Part shown: in pieces, positions 10,550-21,300 of the stretch
How positions within the stretch are numbered: position 1 is the stretch's first letter
How the letters are laid out: each line of letters begins with the position of its first letter
Assembly: GCA_963754875.1 (NCBI GenBank)
Contig: CAVWHO010000008.1
Location: 379,066 to 443,065 of the forward strand
Direction of reading: 5' to 3'
From: Nitrospirota bacterium
Lineage (GTDB): Bacteria > Nitrospirota > UBA9217
DNA length: 64,000 nucleotides
Made by a program: the position numbers and the translations under genes
The notes under the pieces: generated by a model
The model's database searches: none
What the model was told of the DNA's origin: nothing
The model's input: only the letters and a program-made list of their open reading frames with translations

Positions 10550-11761
10550 ATGTTACGCATATTCAAAAACCATATCCTCCGCTTGAATAAAATACTTATA
10601 TTTATTGTTGGATTCATAGCCGTTCTCGTCATCGCGATTATAACGATGGTACGGTTCAACATTACCGGAAATTATGAAGGCATTTTCCTGCTCAAGGCCG
10701 AGAACGGCGCCCTTTTCGAGGTGCAGGATGACCTTTATCTTGGTGAAGAACAGCGTTATATCTGGGGCATTGATTTGGATGATTGGAAACAGTCGTTCAA
10801 TGATTCGGCCAGCGCTTTGGCGGCTGACAAGCCATCTCTCTACTATGAATGGAATGATAAAAAAGGAAATGGCTTCGTAAGAAATCACCTGCCCGGGGGA
10901 AAGCAGATACTTACCTGTTTCAGCAGGTTTGTTGACGACGGCGACGCGGAAGTCTCCGGCCTTTTCGTGGGAGGAGGGCTGCCTGAAGAGGTGCGGGAAA
11001 ACGATATAGTAAAGAAGAACGCAACAGGGATGGCATATTACGATGGTGGGAGGTGGTATCATATCTGGTGCAATGTCAACGAGGCGTTATCGAATTCCCG
11101 CCTTACTGCAATACCCCCGTCTTCATGGAAGTTCCTCGGAAGCAGGGTGCTCCATCACAATGCCGAGGACTTGATATTAGAGAGTTCCCATGAAGTCATC
11201 ATTGATGAAGTTCCTTTGCGTGTTAAAAGAATCGCGTATTTCAAGGCAGGAGAGCCTTATTTCATCCTTTCGATCAGGATTGAGAATGCTGGAGATCGAC
11301 CTGCAATATATTACTATAATTACGGAGATGAACCATGGTTGGGAAACTACGGGACGTCGGGCGGCAATGTCGGCTGGGCCTCGGACGGTGTTTCAAGATA
11401 TATATATAACTATAAGGGCCGACTCAATACAAAATTATTTCATACAGCTGGGTTATTCGATCTTGGAAATGATGCAATCGGCGAAGGACATGACTTCACA
11501 TTCACTGCCAATTTTATAACCTGGTATAGTGATGTAGAGCCGTTTGTATACTTTTCTAACGGCCCCTATGATTTCCCGCAGATAAACGAAAATAAAATAC
11601 CCCTTTCCAGCAATTCCAGATTTATAGGACTTCAGTGGGGGCCCCGAAAATTGCAACCAGGCCTGGCGGAAACATACACTCTTGCGATAGGGATGGCCGA
11701 ACTTGATCCCAAAAGCGGTTTCCCCGTCGAACCAAAGATGGACTTGAAACATTTCCCCTAG
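10550..11761 (+). CDS. Hypothetical membrane-anchored protein, beta-rich
   Basis: 403-aa ORF with an N-terminal TM and an aromatic/Gly-rich body; no motif recognised. Confidence 0.75.
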   Translation: MLRIFKNHILRLNKILIFIVGFIAVLVIAIITMVRFNITGNYEGIFLLKAENGALFEVQDDLYLGEEQRYIWGIDLDDWKQSFNDSASALAADKPSLYYEWNDKKGNGFVRNHLPGGKQILTCFSRFVDDGDAEVSGLFVGGGLPEEVRENDIVKKNATGMAYYDGGRWYHIWCNVNEALSNSRLTAIPPSSWKFLGSRVLHHNAEDLILESSHEVIIDEVPLRVKRIAYFKAGEPYFILSIRIENAGDRPAIYYYNYGDEPWLGNYGTSGGNVGWASDGVSRYIYNYKGRLNTKLFHTAGLFDLGNDAIGEGHDFTFTANFITWYSDVEPFVYFSNGPYDFPQINENKIPLSSNSRFIGLQWGPRKLQPGLAETYTLAIGMAELDPKSGFPVEPKMDLKHFP

Positions 11762-12278
11762 CGTTTTTCATTTTCATTTAGAGCACACTGCTTTTTTTTG
11801 AGACCCGTTATCCCGCGGCAATTTTGGCACGAATATCCTTATTCGCGTTTGGCTGGCTCGTGAGAAAGAGTTTACAATCCGTTACGTATCCTCCGGCTCG
11901 TTTTGTTTTTCCTTAATACCGCTAAATCAGAGTGAGGCTGCATGATCCGGATTTGACTTTCTTTCTCGCTGGTAATAGCATTCGTCGCGATTAATAGCTC
12001 CTGGCATCAAAATGCTTCCCCCGAGACACCCAAAAACGAGAACCATAGCGGATCGATTGTGCCGCCTTTTCGCTTTCCTCCCGTTTTTCTAGCTTTGTTT
12101 CTCAGTAATTATGCCATCACGCTAGTCAGCGTTATCATTGGTACCTCTGGATGGCTATGCTTAAAAAAACTGTTAAAACAACCGTCATGAGCGAACAATC
12201 AGACCACGGACCGCCTCTACGCAAGTCTTACTGCCGCGGTTCTGAGTCTACCCCTGAATGCGTTCCTTCCTTTAGTAG

Positions 12279-13184
12279 TTATTTACTTTCCACTTCCCTC
12301 ATGAAGATCTGGACGCGATTGTTGCCGCGATCGGCGATGAAAACATGACCCTTTCCATCAATACAAATATCAGCTGGATAGAAAAGTTCTCCTTCTTTCC
12401 ATCCCATCTTCAGCTTATTTCCTTGAAAAGAGCCATCTCTGCCAAAAACGACGACCCCTCCACCGTTCTGATCAACAAGATAGATGTTTTTCCGATCTAC
12501 GGCAAGAGCGGTTGGAAAGTTGACGTACGACTTCAATCCCGATACGAGCGGAGAAAAAACACCGGCATCGGGCGCTGCAGTATATAGCGAACCCGTCACG
12601 CTATTCAGAAGAAAAACCGTACCCTGTGGATCAACGGCCACGTCGGAGAAAAAGCCTCCAACCTGAGGATACTCTATCTGTTTCTGGAACTTCCCCTCCG
12701 GGCTCAGAATCAGTACCCGTGAGGATGCGATATCCAGAATATACAGATTATCTTTCGCATCGATTGCAAGACTTTTAGGAATCCACGATGGCCCGGGTCC
12801 AGGCAGGCCGAGCGCTTCGACATAACCCACGAACTCCCCTGTGGGTTTCAGGTGTACAATTCTATGCTGTCTTCCATCCAGCACGAAGATGTCCCCTTGG
12901 GTGTTTACTCGAATGCGCTGAGGATAGATGATTTGCGGAATTTTTATTTCCGTCCCCGCAACCATGACCTCGTCCTGCATGGTATATTGCTGGAGACGCC
13001 CGTGACCCGTATCGGCAACAGTGAGAACGGATTTATCGCTGCAGCCCACGCCCTCCGGCATGCTGATTCCCCCATCCTTTGCGTCTTTATAGAGGGACAC
13101 TTCATGTCTTAATGTCATCAGCTCAACGGCCTGCGCAGTAAAAGGAATCAGGAAGAGTATTATCATTGTTAAGATTTTCATCAT
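12279..13184 (-). CDS. Exported NHL-repeat beta-propeller protein (last gene of the nanowire cluster)
   Basis: Signal peptide MMKILTMIILFLIPFTAQA, repeats such as YPADICIDGKGHVFIADRGNNRVQIF, GAGAGG RBS. The ORF-track upstream extension overlaps the cytochrome gene. Confidence 0.88.
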   Translation of the reverse strand: MMKILTMIILFLIPFTAQAVELMTLRHEVSLYKDAKDGGISMPEGVGCSDKSVLTVADTGHGRLQQYTMQDEVMVAGTEIKIPQIIYPQRIRVNTQGDIFVLDGRQHRIVHLKPTGEFVGYVEALGLPGPGPSWIPKSLAIDAKDNLYILDIASSRVLILSPEGKFQKQIEYPQVGGFFSDVAVDPQGTVFLLNSVTGSLYTAAPDAGVFSPLVSGLKSYVNFPTALAVDRKNIYLVDQNGGGVVVFGRDGSFQGNKLKMGWKEGELFYPADICIDGKGHVFIADRGNNRVQIFMREVESK

Positions 13185-13188
13185 GGCA

Positions 13189-14478
13189 TCACCTCTCATG
13201 TGATGTGTGGCATTGCACACACATTTCCGTAGCTGTTGGATAGAGGAGCATATGTTGATTCGTTGTGCCGTGGGGGTCGTGGCAGCTTCCGCACTGGACG
13301 TAGGAGTTCGGATTCCGCGGGTCAATGACGCTTGCTCCTACAGGATGCGTAGAATGTTTTTTGAAATCATGACACGTTCCGCACAGCTCGAGCATGGTTG
13401 GTTGCACGAAGAGAAATACATTGTCGGAAGCATGCGGCGAATGACATGCGGTGCAGTCGCCGTCATTAACCGGCTGATGTTTTGTCGGAGATCGCTTCTG
13501 GCGCTCGATTGAATCTGCGTGACATTCACCGCAGAGGTCGGCCAGTTTTTTTCTCAGAAGCGGTTTTTCTTTTGATGCATGCGGGTTATGACAATGGAGA
13601 CATCCCGTCTTGTCCACGACAGGCCAATGGATCCGGTTCTTGTTGAGAACATCGTTGACCATATTGCTGTGGCACCCTTTGCACAACTCGATTCCGGCTT
13701 TTTTGGTTGCGAACGGTGTCGGCGAAGTTGGAGACTCATGGCACTGGCCGCACATCTTGCTGGCTACGGGCGGGTGAACGTTTGCATAGAGCACGCCCGC
13801 CCTGTCGGAACCGTGAGGATCATGGCAAGTCGTGCAACGTGCTTTTGCCACCGGATAGTTCATGTGCTGTCTTTTGAACGTCGGCACATCTGCCTTATGG
13901 CACGTAAGACAGAGCACCGGGACGGCTTTCTTCAACAAAGATACGGACTCTGCAGAGCCATGCGGGTTATGACAGTTAAGGCATCCTTTCTCGACAGGGC
14001 TATGCTTGAATTTTACGCTTTTTACCCTTTCAGCCATGTCCTTGTGGCACCCGAAACAGAGATCGTTCCCCGACGCCAAGAGGTTAAACCTGTATTTCGA
14101 AGCATGGGGATCGTGACACTTTACGCAATTCCCCTCCGACACGACTTTATGGGCACTAATAATTTTCTTGGGAATCACATTTTTATGGCACTTGAAACAT
14201 ATCTTGTTCGTGTCCGCTTCCAGCATCTTACCATAGGCAGACGCGTGGGGATTATGGCAGCCTGTGCATTCACCGGCCTTCACGGGCGTATGAACAAAAG
14301 GCTGCTTGAGCTTATCCTGAAAATCAACATGGCAAGTCAGGCAATTCTTACCTTGTGCCCCCGGCTTGAGCCGAAATTTATTTTGCTCGGCGCCCGCCGT
14401 CGCAGTGGCGCCAAAAACACATATTGCGATAAGCGCAAATAACTGCCAGTATCGCATCTTCACACCTTCTTTTTTCAT
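13189..14478 (-). CDS. 16-heme c-type cytochrome (doubled CxxCH repeat type)
   Basis: 16 CxxCH counted, in repeating H-P-V...CxxCHxPH...CxxCH units, with a signal peptide. Start is 14478 (AGGAG, ATGA overlap) or 14457. Confidence 0.95.
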   Translation of the reverse strand: MKKEGVKMRYWQLFALIAICVFGATATAGAEQNKFRLKPGAQGKNCLTCHVDFQDKLKQPFVHTPVKAGECTGCHNPHASAYGKMLEADTNKICFKCHKNVIPKKIISAHKVVSEGNCVKCHDPHASKYRFNLLASGNDLCFGCHKDMAERVKSVKFKHSPVEKGCLNCHNPHGSAESVSLLKKAVPVLCLTCHKADVPTFKRQHMNYPVAKARCTTCHDPHGSDRAGVLYANVHPPVASKMCGQCHESPTSPTPFATKKAGIELCKGCHSNMVNDVLNKNRIHWPVVDKTGCLHCHNPHASKEKPLLRKKLADLCGECHADSIERQKRSPTKHQPVNDGDCTACHSPHASDNVFLFVQPTMLELCGTCHDFKKHSTHPVGASVIDPRNPNSYVQCGSCHDPHGTTNQHMLLYPTATEMCVQCHTSHER

Positions 14479-16445
14479 CGTTTTTCTCCTATATGACAAT
14501 CCTCACACGACCGTGCAGCAAAAGGAGGATGGATATTTTCTTTGAACAGATTTGGGTCCTTCGAGCCATGCGGATCATGACAGGTCCGGCAATCTATGAC
14601 GGAAGCTTTGATGCCGATGTGGGCCTTCGCAAATGCACTGTCGTTCAGGTCATGGCAATCGCCGCATAATGCCGGGACCGGCTCGGTATTCAGTGCAGTT
14701 TCCTTTGAAAAATGCGGCAAATGGCATTGCAAACAATCGCCTGTTGCCGGGGGATGGGCCCGGCCGGCCTCAAGCTTTGACTTGATTTCTTTATGACAGA
14801 CCAAGCACAGATCGGGGCTTTGTGCCAGGAGAAGTTTGGACAGCTTCGACTTATGGGGGTTGTGGCACTTCGTGCACTGACCCGCCATCACCGGAGCATG
14901 CTTGCTAATCCCGGACTGGAGTCCTGTGTTTAACTTATCATGACACTGCATGCAGAGTCTATCCTGCTTGTCCACGATCATTCCGTCGATATCACTTGCG
15001 TGGGGATCATGGCAGATAAGACACTCTTTACTGGCGAATGGGGGATGGTTGGAGCCACCGACGGCTTCCTTCATGAAATCCCCGTGACACTGCAAACACA
15101 CCTCAGAACCCGGTGCTTTCAGAAGTTTTTCCTCAGACGACCCGTGAGGGTTGTGGCATTTGTTGCAGGCAGCCTGTTCAACGGGCTTATGGGTATTGGA
15201 TTTAGCGAATTTCCGTTCCTCATCAGTATGGCATGAATAGCATATCTTGTCCATCCTGTCGTTCAGCATGCCGACGAAGTTCGTACCATGAGGGTTATGG
15301 CAAGACAAGCACATGTCCTGAGCAAACGGCGGATGGACATCTTTAGCCTTGGTCAGTTCCTTCGTTTTTACATGGCAGGTGAAGCAGAGCTCCGAGCCTG
15401 TGACATTCAGGAGGTTCTTATTCTTTGCTGCATGGGGTGCATGGCATGACAAACATCCTTTCCCCTCGTTGAGTGCGGGATGTTGAAAGATCGGTTTCCC
15501 TTCCTGATGGCAGCTGTAACAAAGCTTGTTGCCTTTCTCCAAGAGTAGTTTTGGATTCTCCGAGGTATGCGCGCTATGACAGGAAAGGCACATGCCGCTT
15601 TTGAAGGGCATATGTTCCTCACTGCCGCCGCCCTTGAGTGTCGTTGCATCATGGCACTGCATGCAGAGATCTCCGCCGCTCTGGGTCGTTCCGAACGGCG
15701 TCTGTGACGTTGCTGGGTTATGACATGCATCGCAACTCATGGATACAAGGGGGTTGTGAACACTCGTTTTCAGGAGCTTCGGCTCAGACGATGAATGAGG
15801 GCTGTGACAGATCGAACAGCGTTTGCTGTCTACAGGGTATCCGCCATGCGCTTTTTTAAATGATGAGGCGCCGCTGTTATGGCAATCCAGGCAGAGAGCC
15901 GGGTCAGCCTTGACGAGAAGGTTATCCTGGTCAGAACTGTGGGGCACATGGCAGGCTGTACAACCGTCGGTCTTCAATACTTTATGGATGACTTTACCCT
16001 CGTAATTCTCCTTAGCGTGGCACTGGGTACAGACCGCCGTACCTTCCTCTTTGAGAAGATGTTTCCACGGGGAGGCATGGGGGTTGTGGCAATTTGTACA
16101 CAGCCCCTTCTGCACCGCTGTATGCACCTTTGCCTTGTCCAACCCTATTTTCCCTTTGTCGTGACATGTATAACAGAGAGCATTCCCGCGTTTCTTCAGG
16201 ATCAACGCGGGTACTCTGCCGTGCCGAAGGTGACAAGCTTCGCATTTTTTTTCTTTCACGACAGTGTGGATCTCTTTCATGCCGAAGTATTTGTCAGAAA
16301 ATTTTTTGTGGCAATCAAGACAGTCTTTCTGCGCAAATTTGAACTGAGCGGCCGCCGTACCAGCTAGAGCGATCGTGGCCAGCAGCAAAAATATGCCAAA
16401 TAGAGAAATTTTCATCTTTGAATGTATGGTAGACATGGTCCTCAA
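14475..16445 (-). CDS. 26-heme c-type cytochrome
   Basis: 26 CxxCH counted; signal peptide ending ALAGTAAA. Confidence 0.95.
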   Translation of the reverse strand: MRTMSTIHSKMKISLFGIFLLLATIALAGTAAAQFKFAQKDCLDCHKKFSDKYFGMKEIHTVVKEKKCEACHLRHGRVPALILKKRGNALCYTCHDKGKIGLDKAKVHTAVQKGLCTNCHNPHASPWKHLLKEEGTAVCTQCHAKENYEGKVIHKVLKTDGCTACHVPHSSDQDNLLVKADPALCLDCHNSGASSFKKAHGGYPVDSKRCSICHSPHSSSEPKLLKTSVHNPLVSMSCDACHNPATSQTPFGTTQSGGDLCMQCHDATTLKGGGSEEHMPFKSGMCLSCHSAHTSENPKLLLEKGNKLCYSCHQEGKPIFQHPALNEGKGCLSCHAPHAAKNKNLLNVTGSELCFTCHVKTKELTKAKDVHPPFAQDMCLSCHNPHGTNFVGMLNDRMDKICYSCHTDEERKFAKSNTHKPVEQAACNKCHNPHGSSEEKLLKAPGSEVCLQCHGDFMKEAVGGSNHPPFASKECLICHDPHASDIDGMIVDKQDRLCMQCHDKLNTGLQSGISKHAPVMAGQCTKCHNPHKSKLSKLLLAQSPDLCLVCHKEIKSKLEAGRAHPPATGDCLQCHLPHFSKETALNTEPVPALCGDCHDLNDSAFAKAHIGIKASVIDCRTCHDPHGSKDPNLFKENIHPPFAARSCEDCHIGEKR

Positions 16446-16456
16446 AATGGTCCTCC

Positions 16457-18235
16457 CTATTGATTATTTTCAGAACCTGCAATATAAATCTTGATATCAG
16501 CAGATTTCCTCAATTTTTGTATCCACTCTTCCAGAGACTTGCTCAGTGCGGATTTGAATACAATCGCCCGAATGTCCGCCTGAACCTGCTCGAAGGGTCT
16601 CTGCGTTGGCGGGATCACTTGCTGAACATGCAAAACATAATAGTCGCCTTGCGGACTTTCAAAGAGCCGGAAGTCGTCAGATCGAGCATCTGAAACGGCC
16701 GCCCTGACACCCTCTTCCAGTGAATCGATCGGCACTGGATTTTCATCAAAAGTAAGTAAGTCCTCGGTATTTGCAGACAGCTGGCCTTCGGCATTGGTCT
16801 TGATCCAGGCAAAGTCTGCGCCCTTTTTCAGCCTATCCAAAGCGGAAACAGCATCGTCCTTCTTACCGAACACCAAGCTGCGTATCTTCAGCGATTTCGC
16901 GGTCATGTACTCTCCGGCATGGTCCCGATAGTAGGTCCTCATTTCGTCCTCAGTCACATTAACATTGGGGACAAGAACATTCCCGATGAAAGCCCCGAAC
17001 AGGACGGATCGTTCATACTCCGTCATGATACTTTTATAGGCAGCCGTCTTGTCGAGCCCGCGTTTCAATGCCTCCGTATAAAACAGCTTTTTCTGCACGA
17101 GCTCCTCCAGCGTCTGCTGCTTAAGCGGGGCGAACTTATTGCGATCATAGTCCTTCACTCCATGGAACAGTTTATTCTCCAATGATTCGGACAGCTGCGC
17201 TACCAGGATCGGCTCCTCTCCCTTTATTTCAGCCACAATCCTTTGGTCTTTCATGAGTTTTTCGATACCGGGACCTTGTGGTCCGTAGTCCAGGCTCGTA
17301 AAAAGCTTTCCGTTCACTTTCGTATATTTTTTATACAATGCATTGTGATACTGTCTTAAGGCTTCTATCTTTTTATTTTCGAGTACCGACTGCCGGGCCT
17401 GCTCTTTCGCTTCGGAGCTTTCTTTAGTCTGTTTTTCCTCCAGCCGGAAGAAACCGAAGGCCGTTTTGCCACCCTTCGTAATCCTTCTGACAGAACTTAC
17501 CTCACCGGCTTTTATCGTGGACATTTCATTTACGAGTGCAGGCTCAAGATCGATCAATTTTAAGAACGTTCCTCCCTCCGTCCCTGTCGCCGTCTTGGCC
17601 TTAAGTGCTCCCGCAACGACATTGTCAAAGCTCTCGCCTCTTCGAATCGCATCTGAGGCTCTTTTCGCTTCCTTTTCACTCTTGAACAGCACATAGGTGA
17701 ATTTCACCTCCTGCACGGACGCTTGGTAAACCTTCTCTACTTCTTCGTCACTTGCTGTTACCGTTTTCGTAATCTCGTCCCGTAAGAGGCGTCTTAACGT
17801 AACATGTGAAAAATTATCAAGGTTGCTTTTTATTTCGGGAAGGTCGTGAAGACCGACAGCATTCGCCTCCTGAAGGATGAGCCTCGCATTGACCAGGTTC
17901 CCCAACAATTTCACCATATCCATTTTGGTTTTGGATGTGGCCGAGAGATCATCCTTCGATTCCACCATGTCTTTTTGATGGGTATCGGCAATGGCGTTTC
18001 TGAGATCTTCCAGGGTAATCGGCTCATTATTCACAACCGCGACCGCCACATCCGATCCAACAGAAGACAACAGAGGAATTTTCACCGAAACAAGGATTTT
18101 GCCTTCCTTTGTAACCGGCTTCAGTTCACTTCCTTTTTCTTCCCTGGGGGCCGTCTTCTGATCTGATGCAAAGCATGGCACAGCGGTCAGCAAAATGGCC
18201 AGCATGCTTGTTGATACGAGCAATCTCTTCTTCAT
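16457..18235 (-). CDS. Periplasmic SurA/PrsA-like chaperone with two parvulin-type PPIase modules (OscH-like by position)
   Basis: Signal peptide, VAVVNNEPITLEDL, two rotamase-like segments (RRGESFD, KKGADFAW) and C-terminal WIQKLRKSADIKIY. Confidence 0.85.
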   Translation of the reverse strand: MKKRLLVSTSMLAILLTAVPCFASDQKTAPREEKGSELKPVTKEGKILVSVKIPLLSSVGSDVAVAVVNNEPITLEDLRNAIADTHQKDMVESKDDLSATSKTKMDMVKLLGNLVNARLILQEANAVGLHDLPEIKSNLDNFSHVTLRRLLRDEITKTVTASDEEVEKVYQASVQEVKFTYVLFKSEKEAKRASDAIRRGESFDNVVAGALKAKTATGTEGGTFLKLIDLEPALVNEMSTIKAGEVSSVRRITKGGKTAFGFFRLEEKQTKESSEAKEQARQSVLENKKIEALRQYHNALYKKYTKVNGKLFTSLDYGPQGPGIEKLMKDQRIVAEIKGEEPILVAQLSESLENKLFHGVKDYDRNKFAPLKQQTLEELVQKKLFYTEALKRGLDKTAAYKSIMTEYERSVLFGAFIGNVLVPNVNVTEDEMRTYYRDHAGEYMTAKSLKIRSLVFGKKDDAVSALDRLKKGADFAWIKTNAEGQLSANTEDLLTFDENPVPIDSLEEGVRAAVSDARSDDFRLFESPQGDYYVLHVQQVIPPTQRPFEQVQADIRAIVFKSALSKSLEEWIQKLRKSADIKIYIAGSENNQ

Positions 18236-18333
18236 TATTTCTCCTCACTTTTCATGCTCCCCGCAACTGAGCAAAGTAAATTATCTCGAACAAACCGGCT
18301 GTGCACAGGGATGTCCGGTCCGCCAATCACTCC

Positions 18334-21300
18334 TTACCAGGTAGTCATCATCTTGACCGTACTGCGTACCATCTCCGCAACCATCGCGCTTGCCGTCTTG
18401 ATATTCCCCAATCCGAACAGGGTGACCCCATCGTCTCCTAGGCTTCGAGCTCTCTGAGGACCAGATGATCCTTTTACTGGTTTTTTCAATCAGCATCACG
18501 GAAAAAGTAACTTTCGGGCTCCTCCATTGTTCATCCCGATAGTCCAGGACTTTCCCCGTTAGGAATAGATCGGCATTGATATTTTCGATGAGGATATCGA
18601 TATCGGAAAGTGAAGCTCCTTCCTCCATGATGGTCCTTACGCTGAGAAGTTCCTGCCTCACTATAGCCGGATCGATTACGACAAAATCCTTCCGTTGCGC
18701 CAATTCTTTCACGAATTGCAGCATGACGACCTCTCCGGCGCCAGGTGTCTTACTTTGGTTGAAAAAAGGTATGGCCGCTATGGTGCGCCGTTTATCTCTG
18801 TTGATTATGCTCAGACTGTGTACTTTGTAGCGCCCGAGGGAGGCATTGGCAGGGCTCGACAGTTTCACATCCATCGCCTCAGCGGCCTCGACACCGTCAT
18901 CTCCTGGCATGAGAACAGTAATGATTGCACTTCGACTGCCCGCCTTGATTATAGCGGGATTCGGCGTGGCCGAGTAATCTAACGGTTTCTTCGTTGTACT
19001 ACTGATCGTAAACGGAATAATCACATCCTTGCCCGACAATGCCGACGATTCAATAGCAATAATTGCCGTTTTCGCTTCCCTGATGACGCGCTGATTTTCG
19101 GAAAGAAAGGATATTGTGGGCATGGGCGTGGTATTCACGATGGTATAGGTATGTGTTGTGACGCTTCCCAACACACTGTCGGCAGACTTCAACAGGCTTA
19201 CTTCGATGGTCTTGTTGTCATCGTAGATGCCGTGATTTACAATCTCAAGCTCGATGGTCTTTTCAGTCTCGCCCGGGGCGAAGGTCAGGCTGCTTCCCGC
19301 CATCGCGTAATCCTTCCCCTTGATTGCCGTCCCCCCGGTCACCGCGTACTCCACCGTCACCGGCTTGCCGCTCGCTGCGCCGAGCGCCACCTCGAACCGG
19401 GACTGCCCTACCTTGTCATCGCCCCGGGATTCCTTTCGGCTAAAGGACACCGTCGGCGCCGGATCGCTGTCGACGATGGTCACCGTGCTCTCTGTGCTCT
19501 TTCCCTGCGTCGCGTTCGTGGGGGCTCCCATGCTCACCACGACCGTCTTGTCGTCTTCGTTGATGCCGTTGTCCGTGACATCCACGGCAATCGTTGCGCT
19601 CTTTGTTCCCGCCTTGATCACGACCGGGCTCGCCGTAATCGTATAGTTGCCGGGAGTTTTCGCCGTTCCACTCACCTTGAACGGCACCGTCACGTCCTTG
19701 CCCGACAGGGCCGACAATTCGACAGCGATGGTCGCCGGTCCTCCGTTCTCCTTCGCCTGCTGGCTCGTTGACGTAAACGTCACTGCGGGCGCCGGGTCCG
19801 CATCAATGATGGCATAACTATGCATGGTCGTGCTTCCGAGAACGGCCCCTTTCGGATTTTTGAGGCCGACCTCAATGGTCCTGTTATCCGCATTCAGCCC
19901 GTCATCCCTGATCCCAAGCTCGATGGTCTTTACCGTTTCCCCCGGGGCAAAGGTCAGGGTCTGGGCACCGTCCTTCAGCGTGTAGTTCGTCTCGCGGACG
20001 GCGGTGCCACCCGTGACGGCATATTCTACCGTCGTCAACTTGCCGCTCGCTGCGCTTAGAGTCACCTCAAGCCGGGCGGGACTTACCTTCTCGTCCCCGT
20101 ACGAACTGGGGAGCGTGAATGACACCGTGGGCATGGGCGTGGTATTCACGATGGTATAGGTATGTGTTGTGACGTTTCCCAACACACTGTCGGCAGACTT
20201 CAACAGGCTTACTTCGACGGTCTTGTTGTCATCGTAGATGCCGTGATTTACAATCTCAAGCTCGACGGTCTTTTCAGTCTCGCCCGGGGCGAAGGTCAGG
20301 CTGCTTCCCGCCACCGCGTAATCCTTCCCCTTGATTGCCGTCCCCCCGGTCACCGCGTACTCCACCGTCACCGGCTTGCCGCTCGCTGCGCCGAGCGCCA
20401 CCTCGAACCGGGCCTGCCCTACCTTGTCATCGCCCCGGGATTCCTTTCGGCTAAAGGACACCGTCGGCGCCGGATCGCTGTCGACGATGGTCACCGTGCT
20501 CTCTGTGCTCTTTCCCTGCGTCGCGTTCGTGGGGGCTCCCATGCTCACCACGACCGTCTTGTCGTCTTCGTTGATGCCGTTGTCCGTGACATCCACGGCA
20601 ATCGTTGCGCTCTTTGTTCCCGCCTTGATCACGACCGGGCTCGCCGTAATCGTATAGTTGCCGGGAGTTTTCGCCGTTCCACTCACCTTGAACGGCACCG
20701 TCACGTCCTTGCCCGACAGGGCCGACAATTCAACTGCGATGGTCGCCGCTCCTCCGTTCTCCTTCGTCTGCTGGCTCGTTGACGTAAACGTCACTGCGGG
20801 CACCGGATCGCTGTCGACGATGGTCACCGTGCTCTCTGTGCTCTTTCCCCGCGTCGCGTTCGTGGGGACTCCCATGGCCATCACTACCGTCCGGGCCTCT
20901 TCGTTGATCTTATTGTCGACCGGGCTTACCATAATCGCCGCGCTTTTCGTTCCCGCCTTGATCATGACCGGGCTCGCCGTAATCGTATAGTTTCCGGGAG
21001 TTTTCGCCGTCCCGCTTACCGTGAACGGCACCGTCACGTCCTTGCCCGACGGGGCCGACAATTCGACAGCGATGGTCGCCGGTCCACCGTTCTCCTTTGC
21101 CTGCTGGCTCGCTGCAGTGAAAGCCACAGAAGGCATGGGTGTCGTATTCATGATAGTATAGCTATGCGTGGTTATCGCGCCTATCACGGCATTCTTTGCA
21201 CGTTTCAAGCTCACGACGACTATTTTATCGTCATTATTGATGCCATGATTAACAATACCCAGTTCTATGAATTTGTTCGTTTCGCCGGGGGCGAACGTCA

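Noticed and set aside
11825..12020. TGGCAC/TGGCAT motifs resembling sigma54 promoters
   Set aside because: One lacks the -12 GC, the other has GG-N9-GC spacing, and both point into a convergent intergenic gap.
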